A stretch of DNA of 64,000 bases from Candidatus Lokiarchaeum ossiferum (GCA_025839675.1 CP104013.1:3169121-3233120); one strand, 5' to 3'. Positions 37,474 through 48,034 are shown, counted from the first letter of the stretch. The notes: a model not told the origin generated them from the sequence alone. Program-made: numbers and translations.

Positions 37474-39549
37474 GTGATGAAAAAATGCAAGAATAATTTA
37501 AATTCTTCCTTAAAGAATGAAATGGATCAAAGAATTTTAAGCCTGAATTGCTCTTCTTTTCCCAGTGACGATAAAAAATTGTGTTTAACTTGCATAGTTG
37601 ATAAGTTACTGGAATTATCTAAAAAATCTTATGATGATATTCAAATAAATTGGAGAGTATTGGATAATTCCGAAACAAAGGTCTTGGTATACTTAAGTAA
37701 CTTTCTAATTGATCTTCGTAAAAGAGATCTTAGTTCAAATTGTAAAATCGCACTTTTACAATGTCAATACAATAGCAAACTAATTAATCCTTTAGAAAAA
37801 ATAACAATTCAATCCATTTTCAGATGTTTAAAAAATGAAAACGTGCCAAATTCAAAAGATTTGCATGAAGAAGGATATAATCTTGACAAAATATGTGAAT
37901 CTTGCATAAAAAAACAATACAAAAAAAACAAATTAATTAATAAAATATATTGCAAATCAAAATTTGCCTCATTACTTGAAAAAAAATATGGATTATTTCA
38001 TCCTTCCTTAGGAGATATAGTGAGAATATTACCTTCATTTTCTCTTATTAGTGTCGAAAATAACCTTAAGTCAAATTCTCACATTTACAGTGAGATTGAA
38101 CAATATAGTTTACACAAAAATATATTTTTAGTTAAAATTTTTAAAATTGAAAATGAAATAGAAAACTTATATCAAGTTACAAATTTGATATCACCCTCAC
38201 TTAGTCAAAAATTAGATTTTTTCAAAAAATTCTTCAAAACGAAGTTATCAAGCCTTAAATTCCAGTATTTCTCGAATTTAGCCGAAAAAATTGATCATAT
38301 TGAGATCCAATTAAAATCTTCATTCAAGAATTTTTTTCCTGAAATTAGAGTAGATGAAATTACAAAATTAAGTCTGATCCTAGCGTTAAAATACTTGAAA
38401 GTTGAAAAATTATTTCCTCTTTTAGTCGACCCGTTTATCGAAGAAATATTTCTTGATTCCGCTGAAGCATTTATTTATTTAAACCATCAAAAATTTGGGA
38501 GATGTATTACCAAATTATGTATAAATGAAATTGAGATAGAAGCTTTAAAAACCCATCTTAGGTTTGAAAGTGAAAAAAGATTGGATGAAAAATCCCCCAG
38601 CTTAATCCATTCTATAAATAATAAATACTTCCACTGTAGATTTTCAATTGATATATTTCCATCACATTGGAAAAATTTTTCATTTGACATTAGAAAAATG
38701 AATAAAAATATTTATTCAATAATCGATCTTATAAGTTTGAACACCTTAAGCGTAAGAATGGCTAGTTTTTTAATTTTTTGTATCATAAATAGAATAAATA
38801 TCACAATTGCGGGTGAAGTTAACTCAGGGAAGACAACATTACTTAATTCTATTGATCTAATGATTCCGAAAAATTTCCGTAAAATATATGTTGAAGAAAC
38901 ATTGGAGAGCTTAGAAATACCAATAAGTCAAAATCACCAATTAAAATATGTAGTTGAGTCCGATTTAGACGGAATAAACAGAGGAAAAGAAAAAGAAATA
39001 TATAAATTGCTCCACCGTTCAGGAGATATAATTATTTTGGGAGAGATTCTTAACAAATCAGAATCTGATGCATTATTTCATTGTTTGAGTGCAGGATTGA
39101 AAGGTATTCAGACAACTCATGCTTCATCAATTCAAGGATTAATTAATCGATGGATAGTTCATTTTAATATTGATAAAAGTTGTTTTAATGATCTTGGAAT
39201 AATTGTTTTGATGAAGAAAATAGGACAACAGAGAAAAATCCTGTCCATTTGTGAAACTATATATAACAGAAGAGAAGATTCGCTACACATAAATGACTTC
39301 TTTAAATATTTCCCTAATTCTAATAAATGGAAACAAATTATTCCATTCACAGATTCAAATCTTTTCAAGAAATTGAATAGTTATTTAAATCTCACAGATT
39401 ATAAATACCAGAATATTATCAATACTATCGAAGATGCTCTATATCAATTAATCCAGAAATCTAAAGAAACGAAAAAATCTAAATTTAACTTAGCACAAGG
39501 AATTTTAAAATCTTTGAATGAAATTGAACCTATGATTGGAGGTAATTAA
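37474..39549 (+). CDS. Type IV pilus/secretion ATPase (PilB/VirB11/FlaI/TadA superfamily) with ~380-aa N-terminal extension
   Basis: Walker A is ITIAGEVNSGKTTLLNS. The Asp box/Walker B is RSGDIIILGEILNKSE. The His box is LKGIQTTHASS. Confidence 0.8.
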   Translation: MMKKCKNNLNSSLKNEMDQRILSLNCSSFPSDDKKLCLTCIVDKLLELSKKSYDDIQINWRVLDNSETKVLVYLSNFLIDLRKRDLSSNCKIALLQCQYNSKLINPLEKITIQSIFRCLKNENVPNSKDLHEEGYNLDKICESCIKKQYKKNKLINKIYCKSKFASLLEKKYGLFHPSLGDIVRILPSFSLISVENNLKSNSHIYSEIEQYSLHKNIFLVKIFKIENEIENLYQVTNLISPSLSQKLDFFKKFFKTKLSSLKFQYFSNLAEKIDHIEIQLKSSFKNFFPEIRVDEITKLSLILALKYLKVEKLFPLLVDPFIEEIFLDSAEAFIYLNHQKFGRCITKLCINEIEIEALKTHLRFESEKRLDEKSPSLIHSINNKYFHCRFSIDIFPSHWKNFSFDIRKMNKNIYSIIDLISLNTLSVRMASFLIFCIINRINITIAGEVNSGKTTLLNSIDLMIPKNFRKIYVEETLESLEIPISQNHQLKYVVESDLDGINRGKEKEIYKLLHRSGDIIILGEILNKSESDALFHCLSAGLKGIQTTHASSIQGLINRWIVHFNIDKSCFNDLGIIVLMKKIGQQRKILSICETIYNRREDSLHINDFFKYFPNSNKWKQIIPFTDSNLFKKLNSYLNLTDYKYQNIINTIEDALYQLIQKSKETKKSKFNLAQGILKSLNEIEPMIGGN

Positions 39550-39976
39550 GATCAATCAAATTTTGGATAAGATGCTATTAATGGTATTTGGTTTAATTTC
39601 CATCCTAGTTTTTGCACCAATATTATTTTTTTTTTTGGAAAATAATTTTTCTACAATATCAGTTGAAAATACAGTAGAATTAGAACAGATTGATTCTGAT
39701 ATATTAAATTTGGCAGAAAATTTTAAAATTTTTCAGGAAGACAATAACGAATCTCAGATATTTTATTTTGAATTCCAAGGAGTGATTACTGTCTTTTACG
39801 AAAATTTGAATAATTTAACTACGTTATATTTGAATTTTTATTACAACGAAACAAAATCTCCGATCTTTAGGCATTTAATTTTCAACAACGAACTAAATAT
39901 TACAATTAATTCATACCAGATTAACCAATATTTCTTCCTTAAAGAAAAAAATGTGATTTCACTAATTTTTTCTTAA
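39536..39976 (+). CDS. Hypothetical protein with N-terminal TM helix (possible pilus accessory/minor pilin-like)
   Basis: MLLMVFGLISILVFAPILFFFL is followed by a soluble domain. It overlaps the ATPase stop. Confidence 0.4.
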   Translation: MEVIKINQILDKMLLMVFGLISILVFAPILFFFLENNFSTISVENTVELEQIDSDILNLAENFKIFQEDNNESQIFYFEFQGVITVFYENLNNLTTLYLNFYYNETKSPIFRHLIFNNELNITINSYQINQYFFLKEKNVISLIFS

Positions 39977-39990
39977 GGAGGTGCTAAATC

Positions 39991-41517
39991 ATGAATTTTT
40001 CGAAAATAATCAATGACACATATTTTCACTTATGTTCCAAACTCCCAAAAAAAAACAATTTTGAAAGCAAGCAAGAAATAGTTTATGAGGATATTATTAG
40101 AGTTGAATATAATTTAACAAAAAGTCAACAGATGCAAGGAGCTTATCTATTATCAATGGGATTTTTTATTGTTTTATGTATAGCACATTATATTTGGCAA
40201 TTTGACATGATTTATTTAATATTTTTGATATGTATCGGTTTTTTAATCTTCACTTACTTGAAAAACTATTTCAAGAATCAAATAAAGGTGAAGGAATATA
40301 GTTTAATAAATCATTTACAATTTTTGGTGGTCCAAATTAAGATATTTTTAAAAAATGTTTCAAAAACTAAAGATAGGGAAATATTAATTTTAGAAATGTT
40401 GACTTACGGTCCAAAATTATCCCCAAATATAGATCAAGTTTATTATTCTCTTAGTTTAGGTAAAAATTCAAAAAAAAGTCTGGAAAAATTAATCTTTTAC
40501 TCTCCTGCTTTTACCAAATTTTTCCAAACGATGATCAAATTCAATTTTGATGAAAAAATTGTATCAAAATTAGATGAATTTAATTCATCTTATGAAAAAA
40601 AAATAGAAATGTTTATACAATCTCTCGAGACAAGATTAAGTCTTTTCTTCTTTTTCTCGATTTTTTATCCAATTGGTGTCTTTTATTTTGCAGCAACATA
40701 CCCAATTTCTTTTAAAACTATGTTAATGCTGGTTTTAATATATTATTTGGCACAAGAAATTATTTTAAAATATGTGCTGGATAATCGAATACATTTGCTA
40801 GGCGATGTATCTAATTTGAAAAAAAAAAAAAAAAATGAATTTGAAACATTTTTAGACTTTTTCTTGATTTTAGGAAGAAATTTAATCAATAGTTCTCCTG
40901 AAATTGCAATATTTGAAGCTTTTAAAAGCATAGGTCCGAAATCTCAAGAAATTTTAAAATTATCTAATTTTAATTTCTCTCTTGAATTTTTATCTCTTGA
41001 ACATTTTTTAAATAAAATGTCTCAAACCTTGCAGAACAGTGAAATAAGTCAATTTTTAAATTTCTTGTTAAAACTTTTTAAAAATGATTCTTCACAAGGA
41101 TATAATTTTTTAATTGATACTTTAATTCAAATTAATTCTCATAAAGTTCAAGTAAACAAGCAAGAAGTTGCTTTCAAAAATGCCTATTCTAAGTCAAATT
41201 TATTCAAAATGCTTCTTGCTTTAATACTTGGCATATTAACTCCATTTATCATCAAATTTCAAGCAACGATAGTTGAATTTCAAAAAGTAGTAAACAGCTC
41301 ACAAGATTTCTATTTTGAATACTCGACTTTAGCAATCAATCAATCGATATCTCTTGTATTAAGAGTAATTTCATTACTATTTCTTATTATAAATATTACT
41401 TCTTTTAATCGTTTTTATATTAAACGATCTTTCAAAAAAATAGATTTTCTCGTAATTATTTTATACATTATTTTTAATCTAATTTCGAATATTTTGCTCC
41501 AAAATACAATCCTTTGA
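39991..41517 (+). CDS. Polytopic membrane protein, probable TadC/FlaJ/PilC-like platform protein
   Basis: 508 aa with multiple TM helices separated by two cytoplasmic helical regions, positioned immediately after the ATPase. The assignment rests on architecture and context. Confidence 0.45.
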   Translation: MNFSKIINDTYFHLCSKLPKKNNFESKQEIVYEDIIRVEYNLTKSQQMQGAYLLSMGFFIVLCIAHYIWQFDMIYLIFLICIGFLIFTYLKNYFKNQIKVKEYSLINHLQFLVVQIKIFLKNVSKTKDREILILEMLTYGPKLSPNIDQVYYSLSLGKNSKKSLEKLIFYSPAFTKFFQTMIKFNFDEKIVSKLDEFNSSYEKKIEMFIQSLETRLSLFFFFSIFYPIGVFYFAATYPISFKTMLMLVLIYYLAQEIILKYVLDNRIHLLGDVSNLKKKKKNEFETFLDFFLILGRNLINSSPEIAIFEAFKSIGPKSQEILKLSNFNFSLEFLSLEHFLNKMSQTLQNSEISQFLNFLLKLFKNDSSQGYNFLIDTLIQINSHKVQVNKQEVAFKNAYSKSNLFKMLLALILGILTPFIIKFQATIVEFQKVVNSSQDFYFEYSTLAINQSISLVLRVISLLFLIINITSFNRFYIKRSFKKIDFLVIILYIIFNLISNILLQNTIL

Positions 41518-41716
41518 AAACATTGTCTTTGGAAAAAGATTTTTTGATAGAAAAAATGAAATAAAGTCCACCTTCAGACATCCAATATGATTGAATAGTA
41601 GTAAATTACTCATTTATCTGAATAACAATTATGGGTAGGATGCTATACTTGCACAGAATTACACACGTGAGAATTTAATGAACAAATTAAAATAAAAATA
41701 AAATAAAAAAAGAAAT

Positions 41717-41983
41717 TTAGAAGATACCTAACTTAATTGCAAGATCTGCTGCCGAATTATTCGGATGAAGTTTTACAAAGGCTTTTTTATTTCCATTTGA
41801 ATGAATTAAAGTGTTAATTTTTACAACTTTAACATCATATAATTTTTCAATAGCCTCTTTAATTTGGAATTTATTCGCTTTTCGTTCAACTATAAACACC
41901 AATTTATTATGATCTTCAATTAAATCGAATGTATTTTCTGTGACTAAAGGTTTCAAAATTATAGAATAATAATTCACTGACAT
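41717..41983 (-). CDS. rpl23: Ribosomal protein L23
   Basis: The sequence ...ILKPLVTENTFDLIEDHNKLVFIVERKANKFQIKEAIEKLYDVKVVKINTL... is L23-like, and the gene sits after L3 and L4 in conserved order. Confidence 0.85.
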   Translation of the reverse strand: MSVNYYSIILKPLVTENTFDLIEDHNKLVFIVERKANKFQIKEAIEKLYDVKVVKINTLIHSNGNKKAFVKLHPNNSAADLAIKLGIF

Positions 41984-41987
41984 TTTA

Positions 41988-42785
41988 TTAGTTCACCTCA
42001 TATTTATTCAAAGATTTGAATGCTGATTGAGTCCAAATGACTAAACGTCCAGAATGGGTTCCTGGAGCTAACAGATTGCAATTCAAATTATCAATTTTGA
42101 CAACTTCAACTCCAGGAATATTCCGTGCAGCTTTATAGATACCAAAATTTTCCTTGATTACAACCAAAGGACCACGTCTTCGTTTATACTTCCGACCACG
42201 TCGTTTTCCTTTTCCTGCTCGAATTGTAACACTATTCTTCACTCTTGCCATTTCATCAATTAATCCGATTTTTTCAAAAACATCAATAACTTGAGATGTT
42301 TTTTTAAGAGTTTGAAGTTTATCATCAATAACTATCGGTAAAGAAGATATTTTTTCAATAGCATGTCCTCGTTTCTGAACAAGATTCCGTTTCTCGGTGG
42401 CAGAAATAGCAGATAATAATGCTAATTGCTTTTCTTTACGATTAATTCGTTTAATTGTTACTTTTTCTGCTCGAGGTGGATGAGCTACACGCCCACCGAC
42501 AACACCAGGTGCAAAAGCAGCACTCCGCGCACCAGGATACCCAGAACCACGTAATCGAGGAACTCTTGCAGATGCAAAACCAGTCCCCCAACTTAATGCA
42601 GTATTTCGCTTTCCAGCTAATGGATTTCGCCCTTGTGGTTGCTTTTGAGCAGCTTCTGTTGAAATAACTGCTCTTTCGATAAGATCTAAACGAGGTGTAA
42701 TGGAAAATACATCTGGAAGATCAATCGATTCTTTTTCCTTTCCATCTAATCCAAGGATATTAATTTTTTCTTTTTGATTTGCCAT
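41988..42785 (-). CDS. rpl4: Ribosomal protein L4 (L4/L1e)
   Basis: 265 aa in conserved operon position. G/R-rich core GKRNTALSWGTGFASARVPRLRGSGYP. Confidence 0.85.
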   Translation of the reverse strand: MANQKEKINILGLDGKEKESIDLPDVFSITPRLDLIERAVISTEAAQKQPQGRNPLAGKRNTALSWGTGFASARVPRLRGSGYPGARSAAFAPGVVGGRVAHPPRAEKVTIKRINRKEKQLALLSAISATEKRNLVQKRGHAIEKISSLPIVIDDKLQTLKKTSQVIDVFEKIGLIDEMARVKNSVTIRAGKGKRRGRKYKRRRGPLVVIKENFGIYKAARNIPGVEVVKIDNLNCNLLAPGTHSGRLVIWTQSAFKSLNKYEVN

Positions 42786-42794
42786 ATTTTACAC

Positions 42795-43850
42795 CTACTT
42801 TCCTTGTTGACTGAGTTTACTAATATAAGTTATCTCAGGTACAGATACTGCATGATGTGCTTTGGGTCTCATAGTTTCTCTTAATCGAATTAATCTTTTC
42901 TTTGAACCGGGTACAGAACCGAGTAAAAGTAAATAATCACTTTTAATTAACCCATATCTGATAATTCCACCTTTAGGATTTACTTCATCTCCATCTTCAG
43001 ATATTTTAACTACACGCTTATGATATTCCACCCGCTGGTGATAACCCATCTGTCCTGAACGCGCAATGGTGTATAAAAGCTTTGGAGGCTTCCATGGTCC
43101 AATACATCCGACTCTACGTTTGCCTTTTCGATTCTTTCTTGACATTAATTTAATTCCAAATTTCTTAACAGCACCTTGAAAACCTTTTCCTTTGGAAACG
43201 GAAATGGAATCAATTAAAGAGCCTTCTTCGATACAATCTCGAACTCGAAGTTCTTGTCCAAGTAAATCTCTCACATATTCAAATTGTTCTTTAGATTTAC
43301 CACCAGAAACTTTAATTTCAATTATATCCGGTTTAATTCTTGGAACTGAAGTATTGTATGGCTGTGTATGGAATAAGCCCCGAATTTCAACACCATCAAC
43401 TATTTTTCCTTCCAATTCTTTTAACTTCTCTTCGAAATTATAGGTCTCAGGATTTGGTAATTGAATTTTTCGACCCAATTCTGGTTTCAACGTTGGTGAT
43501 AATATTTCCCCAACAGGATTCATACCATATTCATCTCGGAGATATACTTTCATTCCAAATAATACTAATGCGGGTGCTTCAACAATAGTTACTGCTTTCA
43601 CAAGTTCTTTTCCAAAGAATGGACTAGTCTCTTGATCTTCAATATAGGCAATGTGTGTCATGCCTGCTTTAAATCCTGCAAATCCCAAAAATTTTGGTTT
43701 TCCTTCGTAATCTAACCAATTTCTAACACGGCCTTTACCATATCTTGCTCTTTTTCGAGGAAGATAGGCCAGCGAGCCATGCCGGGGTGCAGATTGTCTT
43801 CGATGTCCCATGTTTATCACATATTGATTTGTGAGCAAAAATTGCATCAC
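42795..43850 (-). CDS. rpl3: Ribosomal protein L3
   Basis: MGHRRQSAPRHGSLAYLPRKRARYGKGRVRNW...GFAGFKAGMTHIAYIED is archaeal L3. Confidence 0.9.
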   Translation of the reverse strand: MMQFLLTNQYVINMGHRRQSAPRHGSLAYLPRKRARYGKGRVRNWLDYEGKPKFLGFAGFKAGMTHIAYIEDQETSPFFGKELVKAVTIVEAPALVLFGMKVYLRDEYGMNPVGEILSPTLKPELGRKIQLPNPETYNFEEKLKELEGKIVDGVEIRGLFHTQPYNTSVPRIKPDIIEIKVSGGKSKEQFEYVRDLLGQELRVRDCIEEGSLIDSISVSKGKGFQGAVKKFGIKLMSRKNRKGKRRVGCIGPWKPPKLLYTIARSGQMGYHQRVEYHKRVVKISEDGDEVNPKGGIIRYGLIKSDYLLLLGSVPGSKKRLIRLRETMRPKAHHAVSVPEITYISKLSQQGK

Positions 43851-44081
43851 GACTTCTCATGAGATCTTGGGAAACTTTTTTTTCATTTCACCTTGAATGA
43901 GAAGTTATTTTAAATAATATGTGATTATTGTTAAATTTTTCGATTTATGTCGATATTAACATGGGATATTTTATGAGAAATCATTAGAATTCATCTGAAT
44001 GTGAATTTAAATAAAAAAAATAGGTCAGTTTAAAGAAAAACATTAAATTTTTGAGGAAAACTTGAAAATACTTGATTTACT

Positions 44082-45905
44082 TCAATCTTCATCTTTTGTT
44101 GGGATATAGTAATATTCTCCAATTTTTCTTTGATATTTATCCAAGTTCGAATTTATTTTATTAACTCTGGGTCTACCAGTAGATAAATCTCTTCTAAAGG
44201 TAATATTCATCATTTTCAAAAACTCATTCATTCCAGATCTCAAATCTTGAGGAACGCTGGAAAAACCCATTACACCAGGAGTACCTTTAAATACGATTAA
44301 TGAATCAGATATGAAATCTTGCGTTATAATATCATGTTCAACAATAAAAGCAGCTTTTTTTATGCTTTCAATGGATCTTCGTATAATTAATGCCATGGAA
44401 AGCCGCATTTCAACGTCAAGAAACGCAGATGGTTCATCGATTAGATATACATCAGCTTCATTAGTTAAACAATCAGCAATTGCAATTCTTTGAAGTTCTC
44501 CGCCACTTAACTCTTTAATGGTCCTATTCTCAATATCTTCCAACTTAAATCCTTGAATAATACGCTTTTTATATTGTGAATCGAAATGAGGAGAACCTTT
44601 AATCTTTTGGAGAATTCCATAAACAGTTATTTCCGGTTCATAATCAATATATTGAGTTTTTACAGACAATTTCAAATCTTTTTGATCGATAACACCTTTA
44701 TCGGGATTAATTTTACCAGAAATCAGATTAATGAAGGTAGTTTTTCCACTACCATTTGGACCTAAGATCCCAATAACTTCTCCAGCGTGAATTTCTCCTC
44801 CTGGTATTTTCAAATGGAAATCTCCTAGAGTGGTTTCCATATCTCCATACTCAAACAAAATTTTTGAATTTTCATATAGGGATGAAGCGGGAGGTCTTTC
44901 ATGAAATTGAATTGCTTCTTCACGAAATCGCATATTTTCGTCTTTGATATAACCATTTAAATATATATTAATACCCACTCTAACACCTTGTACATTTGAA
45001 ATGATTCCATACGCTCCAGGAACCCCATAGAGCAAGCAAATTTGATCACTTAAAAAATCTAATATTGCCAAATCGTGTTCGATCACGATAACTCTTTTTT
45101 CAGTATCGGATAACTCCCGAATTAGCTTGGCCATCTTTAACCTTTGACTGACGTCTAAATACGAAGAAGGTTCATCAAATAGGTAACATTCACCTTCTCG
45201 AAGCAATGCAGCAGCAATCGAGACGCGTTGTAATTCACCTCCACTCAAAACAGACAAATCTCGATGTAAAATTTTATCCAATGATAGTTCTGATACAATA
45301 TAGTCCATTTTTTCGGTGGTGTCAATTTTTTTTAGAAGAGATTCTACGGTTCCCTTTACAAATTTTGGAATAGCGGTGATTTCTTGTGGTTTATGAATTA
45401 ATTTCAACTTCTTTTCTTTCAAACCTTCCAAATATCCTTGCAATATGGATCCTTTAAAGTGATCTATAATTTCAGGCCAATCAGGGCTATCTTCATTAAA
45501 TAATCCCAAATTCATTTTAAGATGTCCCGATAGAATATTCATTGCTGTTGATTTGCCAATTCCATTTTGTCCAATTACACCTAAAACTCTCCCTTTACTT
45601 GGTAACAACATTCTAAATAGGGTAAAACCATCTAAAGCATATTTATGTGTTATTTGGGAATCTAGTTTTTCAGGTACGTTCACAATTTTGTAGCAATTAA
45701 ATGGACATTTCTTAACACAAATCCCGCAACCTGAACATAGCGATGGTGTTAAATATGGGAATCCATTTTTACCCAGTGTTATTGTTTCCAATCCGGTTCT
45801 TACTCCCGGACAATATTTGATGCATGGTTTATTTGAAGATACAGAACAATCCGTTGGCTTGCATGTATCTCTATCAAGGACAGCTATCCGCATTTTTTTT
45901 CCCAA
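44082..45905 (-). CDS. abce1: ABCE1 / RNase L inhibitor (ribosome recycling factor)
   Basis: The N-terminal 2x[4Fe-4S] region has KPCIKYCPGV...CSGCGICVKKCPF, followed by two ABC cassettes: GQNGIGKST / LSGGELQR / LFDEPSSYLD, and GPNGSGKTT / LSGGELQR / LIDEPSAFLD. Confidence 0.9.
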   Translation of the reverse strand: MGKKMRIAVLDRDTCKPTDCSVSSNKPCIKYCPGVRTGLETITLGKNGFPYLTPSLCSGCGICVKKCPFNCYKIVNVPEKLDSQITHKYALDGFTLFRMLLPSKGRVLGVIGQNGIGKSTAMNILSGHLKMNLGLFNEDSPDWPEIIDHFKGSILQGYLEGLKEKKLKLIHKPQEITAIPKFVKGTVESLLKKIDTTEKMDYIVSELSLDKILHRDLSVLSGGELQRVSIAAALLREGECYLFDEPSSYLDVSQRLKMAKLIRELSDTEKRVIVIEHDLAILDFLSDQICLLYGVPGAYGIISNVQGVRVGINIYLNGYIKDENMRFREEAIQFHERPPASSLYENSKILFEYGDMETTLGDFHLKIPGGEIHAGEVIGILGPNGSGKTTFINLISGKINPDKGVIDQKDLKLSVKTQYIDYEPEITVYGILQKIKGSPHFDSQYKKRIIQGFKLEDIENRTIKELSGGELQRIAIADCLTNEADVYLIDEPSAFLDVEMRLSMALIIRRSIESIKKAAFIVEHDIITQDFISDSLIVFKGTPGVMGFSSVPQDLRSGMNEFLKMMNITFRRDLSTGRPRVNKINSNLDKYQRKIGEYYYIPTKDED

Positions 45906-46007
45906 TTTAAATAAAAATTTATAATTCTTATCTTTTCCGATTCATAAAGTCCTTCATATTAACAAAAAATTCAAAATTTATTCATTCCTACTTACATTTG
46001 AACATAT

Positions 46008-47741
46008 ATGGAAAATGATAATGATCAAAAATCTCAAGATGAATTTCCAATTCATTGGTTAGAAGGATTAATTCAAAAAATTAATGGACGAAATCTTTCT
46101 GAGATTGCTTTATCTACGGGAAAAACACCAAGTGGACATATTCACTTAGGTATCATGAGAGAATTGTTGATATGTGACGCGATTAAGAGAATTTTTGAAG
46201 AAAAGGGAAAAATTGTCCATTTCAGATTATTTATAGACAGTTTAGATGCAGCTAAAAGATTTCCTGGATACATCAAAGAGGATTATGCAAAAAAAAATAT
46301 AGGAAAACCATTTGCTTTAATTCCAAATCCAATAAATCAAAATGATAAAAATTATGCACAATATTTTGGTGAAGAGTTAGAAAGTATCTTTCCTTTATTT
46401 GGAATTGGGGCAAAAATCGTCTGGACTCATGAGTTATATAAAACTAAAGAAATGAAAGATATGATTCGGATAGGTTTAAAAAAAAATGAAGAAGTTAAAA
46501 GAATTGTTGCAAAATATCTAACAGCCTCTATGTCCGAAGAACAAAAAGACATTTATTTAGAACAACAGAAAACTTGGATGGGGGCCATGGTTATATGTGA
46601 AAAATGTCAATGTACTCAGAAAAAACAGAAGGATGGGACAATTTCCCCTAATAGAGTTCTTGAATATGATCAAAAATCCGATTCTTGCTATTATCAATGT
46701 CCTGCGTGTGGTTATAAAGGTTCAGTAGGTATAGAGAGCGGACTAGTAAAATTAAATTGGAGACTGGATTGGCCAGCAAAATGGACAATATTCAAAACAA
46801 CTTGTGAACCGGCAGGAAAAGATCATTGCACTCCAGGTGGATCCTACGATACGGGATTAGATTTATGTAAAAACATCTATGGATATGAGGGCCCAATAAA
46901 ATTATCCTATGAATGGTTGCGACTCGGAGATCGGGACATGAAAACATCAAAGGGAATCGTTTTCACCCCCGCAAAATTTTTAGAAATGGTTGATCCAAAA
47001 ATATTAAGGATGTTGATTTTCCAAACTAATCCAAATAAACATATTTCTATTAGAATAGAAGAACTTGAGCAATATTATAATGAATATCAAAGAATTGAAA
47101 GAATTTTCTTTGGAAAAGAAGAATCAACTGAAACTGAAAAAAAAGAAGTAGAATTCATCTATCCGTTAATTCAAGTTGATAAAGTTCCCAAAGAATTTCC
47201 CGCCCAAATTCCTCTAAAACTTGTGACAGTTTTAGCTCAATTGAAATCAGTTTTAAAAGAGGAGATTATATTTTCAAAAGCAAAAGAATATCTCATTTCA
47301 AATGGAAATACTTCAAATCTTTCAATTGAAGAATTTCGGATCATTATAAAGCGAGCTTTAAACTGGATTGATGAAATGCAAAGAATCATTAATACAGAAA
47401 AAGATCCAGGAAAAGTTAAAAAATTAAAACAAAAAACAGAAATCTTCACATTTGTGCCCGAGATAACACAAAATATTCGAAAAAATCTTGATCAATCTCA
47501 AGTTGATGCTTTAAAAAGCTTTTTAGATCATACTAAAGAAATGGCAGCATTCACAGAGGAAAATGTCAAAAATGTAATGATGAGCATAAGAGAAAAATTA
47601 AATATTAAACCGATGAAGATATTTCAAGCATTTTATCGTATATTCTTGGATGCAAAAAAAGGACCTCGTTTAGGACCTTTAATGACGATGTTAGATAAAT
47701 CTTGGATTGAAAATCGAATAAAAGAAGCAATTCAAGAATAA
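46008..47741 (+). CDS. lysK: Lysyl-tRNA synthetase, class I (archaeal type)
   Basis: The HIGH-type motif is PSGHIHLGIMRE and the KMSKS-type motif is DMKTSKG. Zn-binding Cys are CEKCQC...CPACGYKG. Length 577 aa. Confidence 0.8.
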   Translation: MENDNDQKSQDEFPIHWLEGLIQKINGRNLSEIALSTGKTPSGHIHLGIMRELLICDAIKRIFEEKGKIVHFRLFIDSLDAAKRFPGYIKEDYAKKNIGKPFALIPNPINQNDKNYAQYFGEELESIFPLFGIGAKIVWTHELYKTKEMKDMIRIGLKKNEEVKRIVAKYLTASMSEEQKDIYLEQQKTWMGAMVICEKCQCTQKKQKDGTISPNRVLEYDQKSDSCYYQCPACGYKGSVGIESGLVKLNWRLDWPAKWTIFKTTCEPAGKDHCTPGGSYDTGLDLCKNIYGYEGPIKLSYEWLRLGDRDMKTSKGIVFTPAKFLEMVDPKILRMLIFQTNPNKHISIRIEELEQYYNEYQRIERIFFGKEESTETEKKEVEFIYPLIQVDKVPKEFPAQIPLKLVTVLAQLKSVLKEEIIFSKAKEYLISNGNTSNLSIEEFRIIIKRALNWIDEMQRIINTEKDPGKVKKLKQKTEIFTFVPEITQNIRKNLDQSQVDALKSFLDHTKEMAAFTEENVKNVMMSIREKLNIKPMKIFQAFYRIFLDAKKGPRLGPLMTMLDKSWIENRIKEAIQE

Positions 47742-47742
47742 A

Positions 47743-47994
47743 CTATTTTGAACTTGTAATTGCAATGATAATGAAAACAATGATCATGATAGCGTATGAA
47801 CCGACCATTATTATCGTTCTTTTTCTTTTACTTTTTTTTTGACCCTGAATTTGTCCAGAACATTCCATTGAACAATATTCATCAAATTCATTCCCTTCTT
47901 CTGGAATCATTTTTTTACATACAGAACAATGCTTATGAGGAAAAACTGATTCTAAGTCCTTGTATTGATTATATTTAGATGAAAATTTTGACAT
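47743..47994 (-). CDS. Small Zn-ribbon protein with C-terminal TM helix
   Basis: CSVCKK...CSMEC precedes IIMVGSYAIMIIVFIIIAI. Confidence 0.35.
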   Translation of the reverse strand: MSKFSSKYNQYKDLESVFPHKHCSVCKKMIPEEGNEFDEYCSMECSGQIQGQKKSKRKRTIIMVGSYAIMIIVFIIIAITSSK

Positions 47995-48034
47995 AAACTC
48001 ACAATTCTAAAAGATTGATAAAAAAAAAAGGTAG

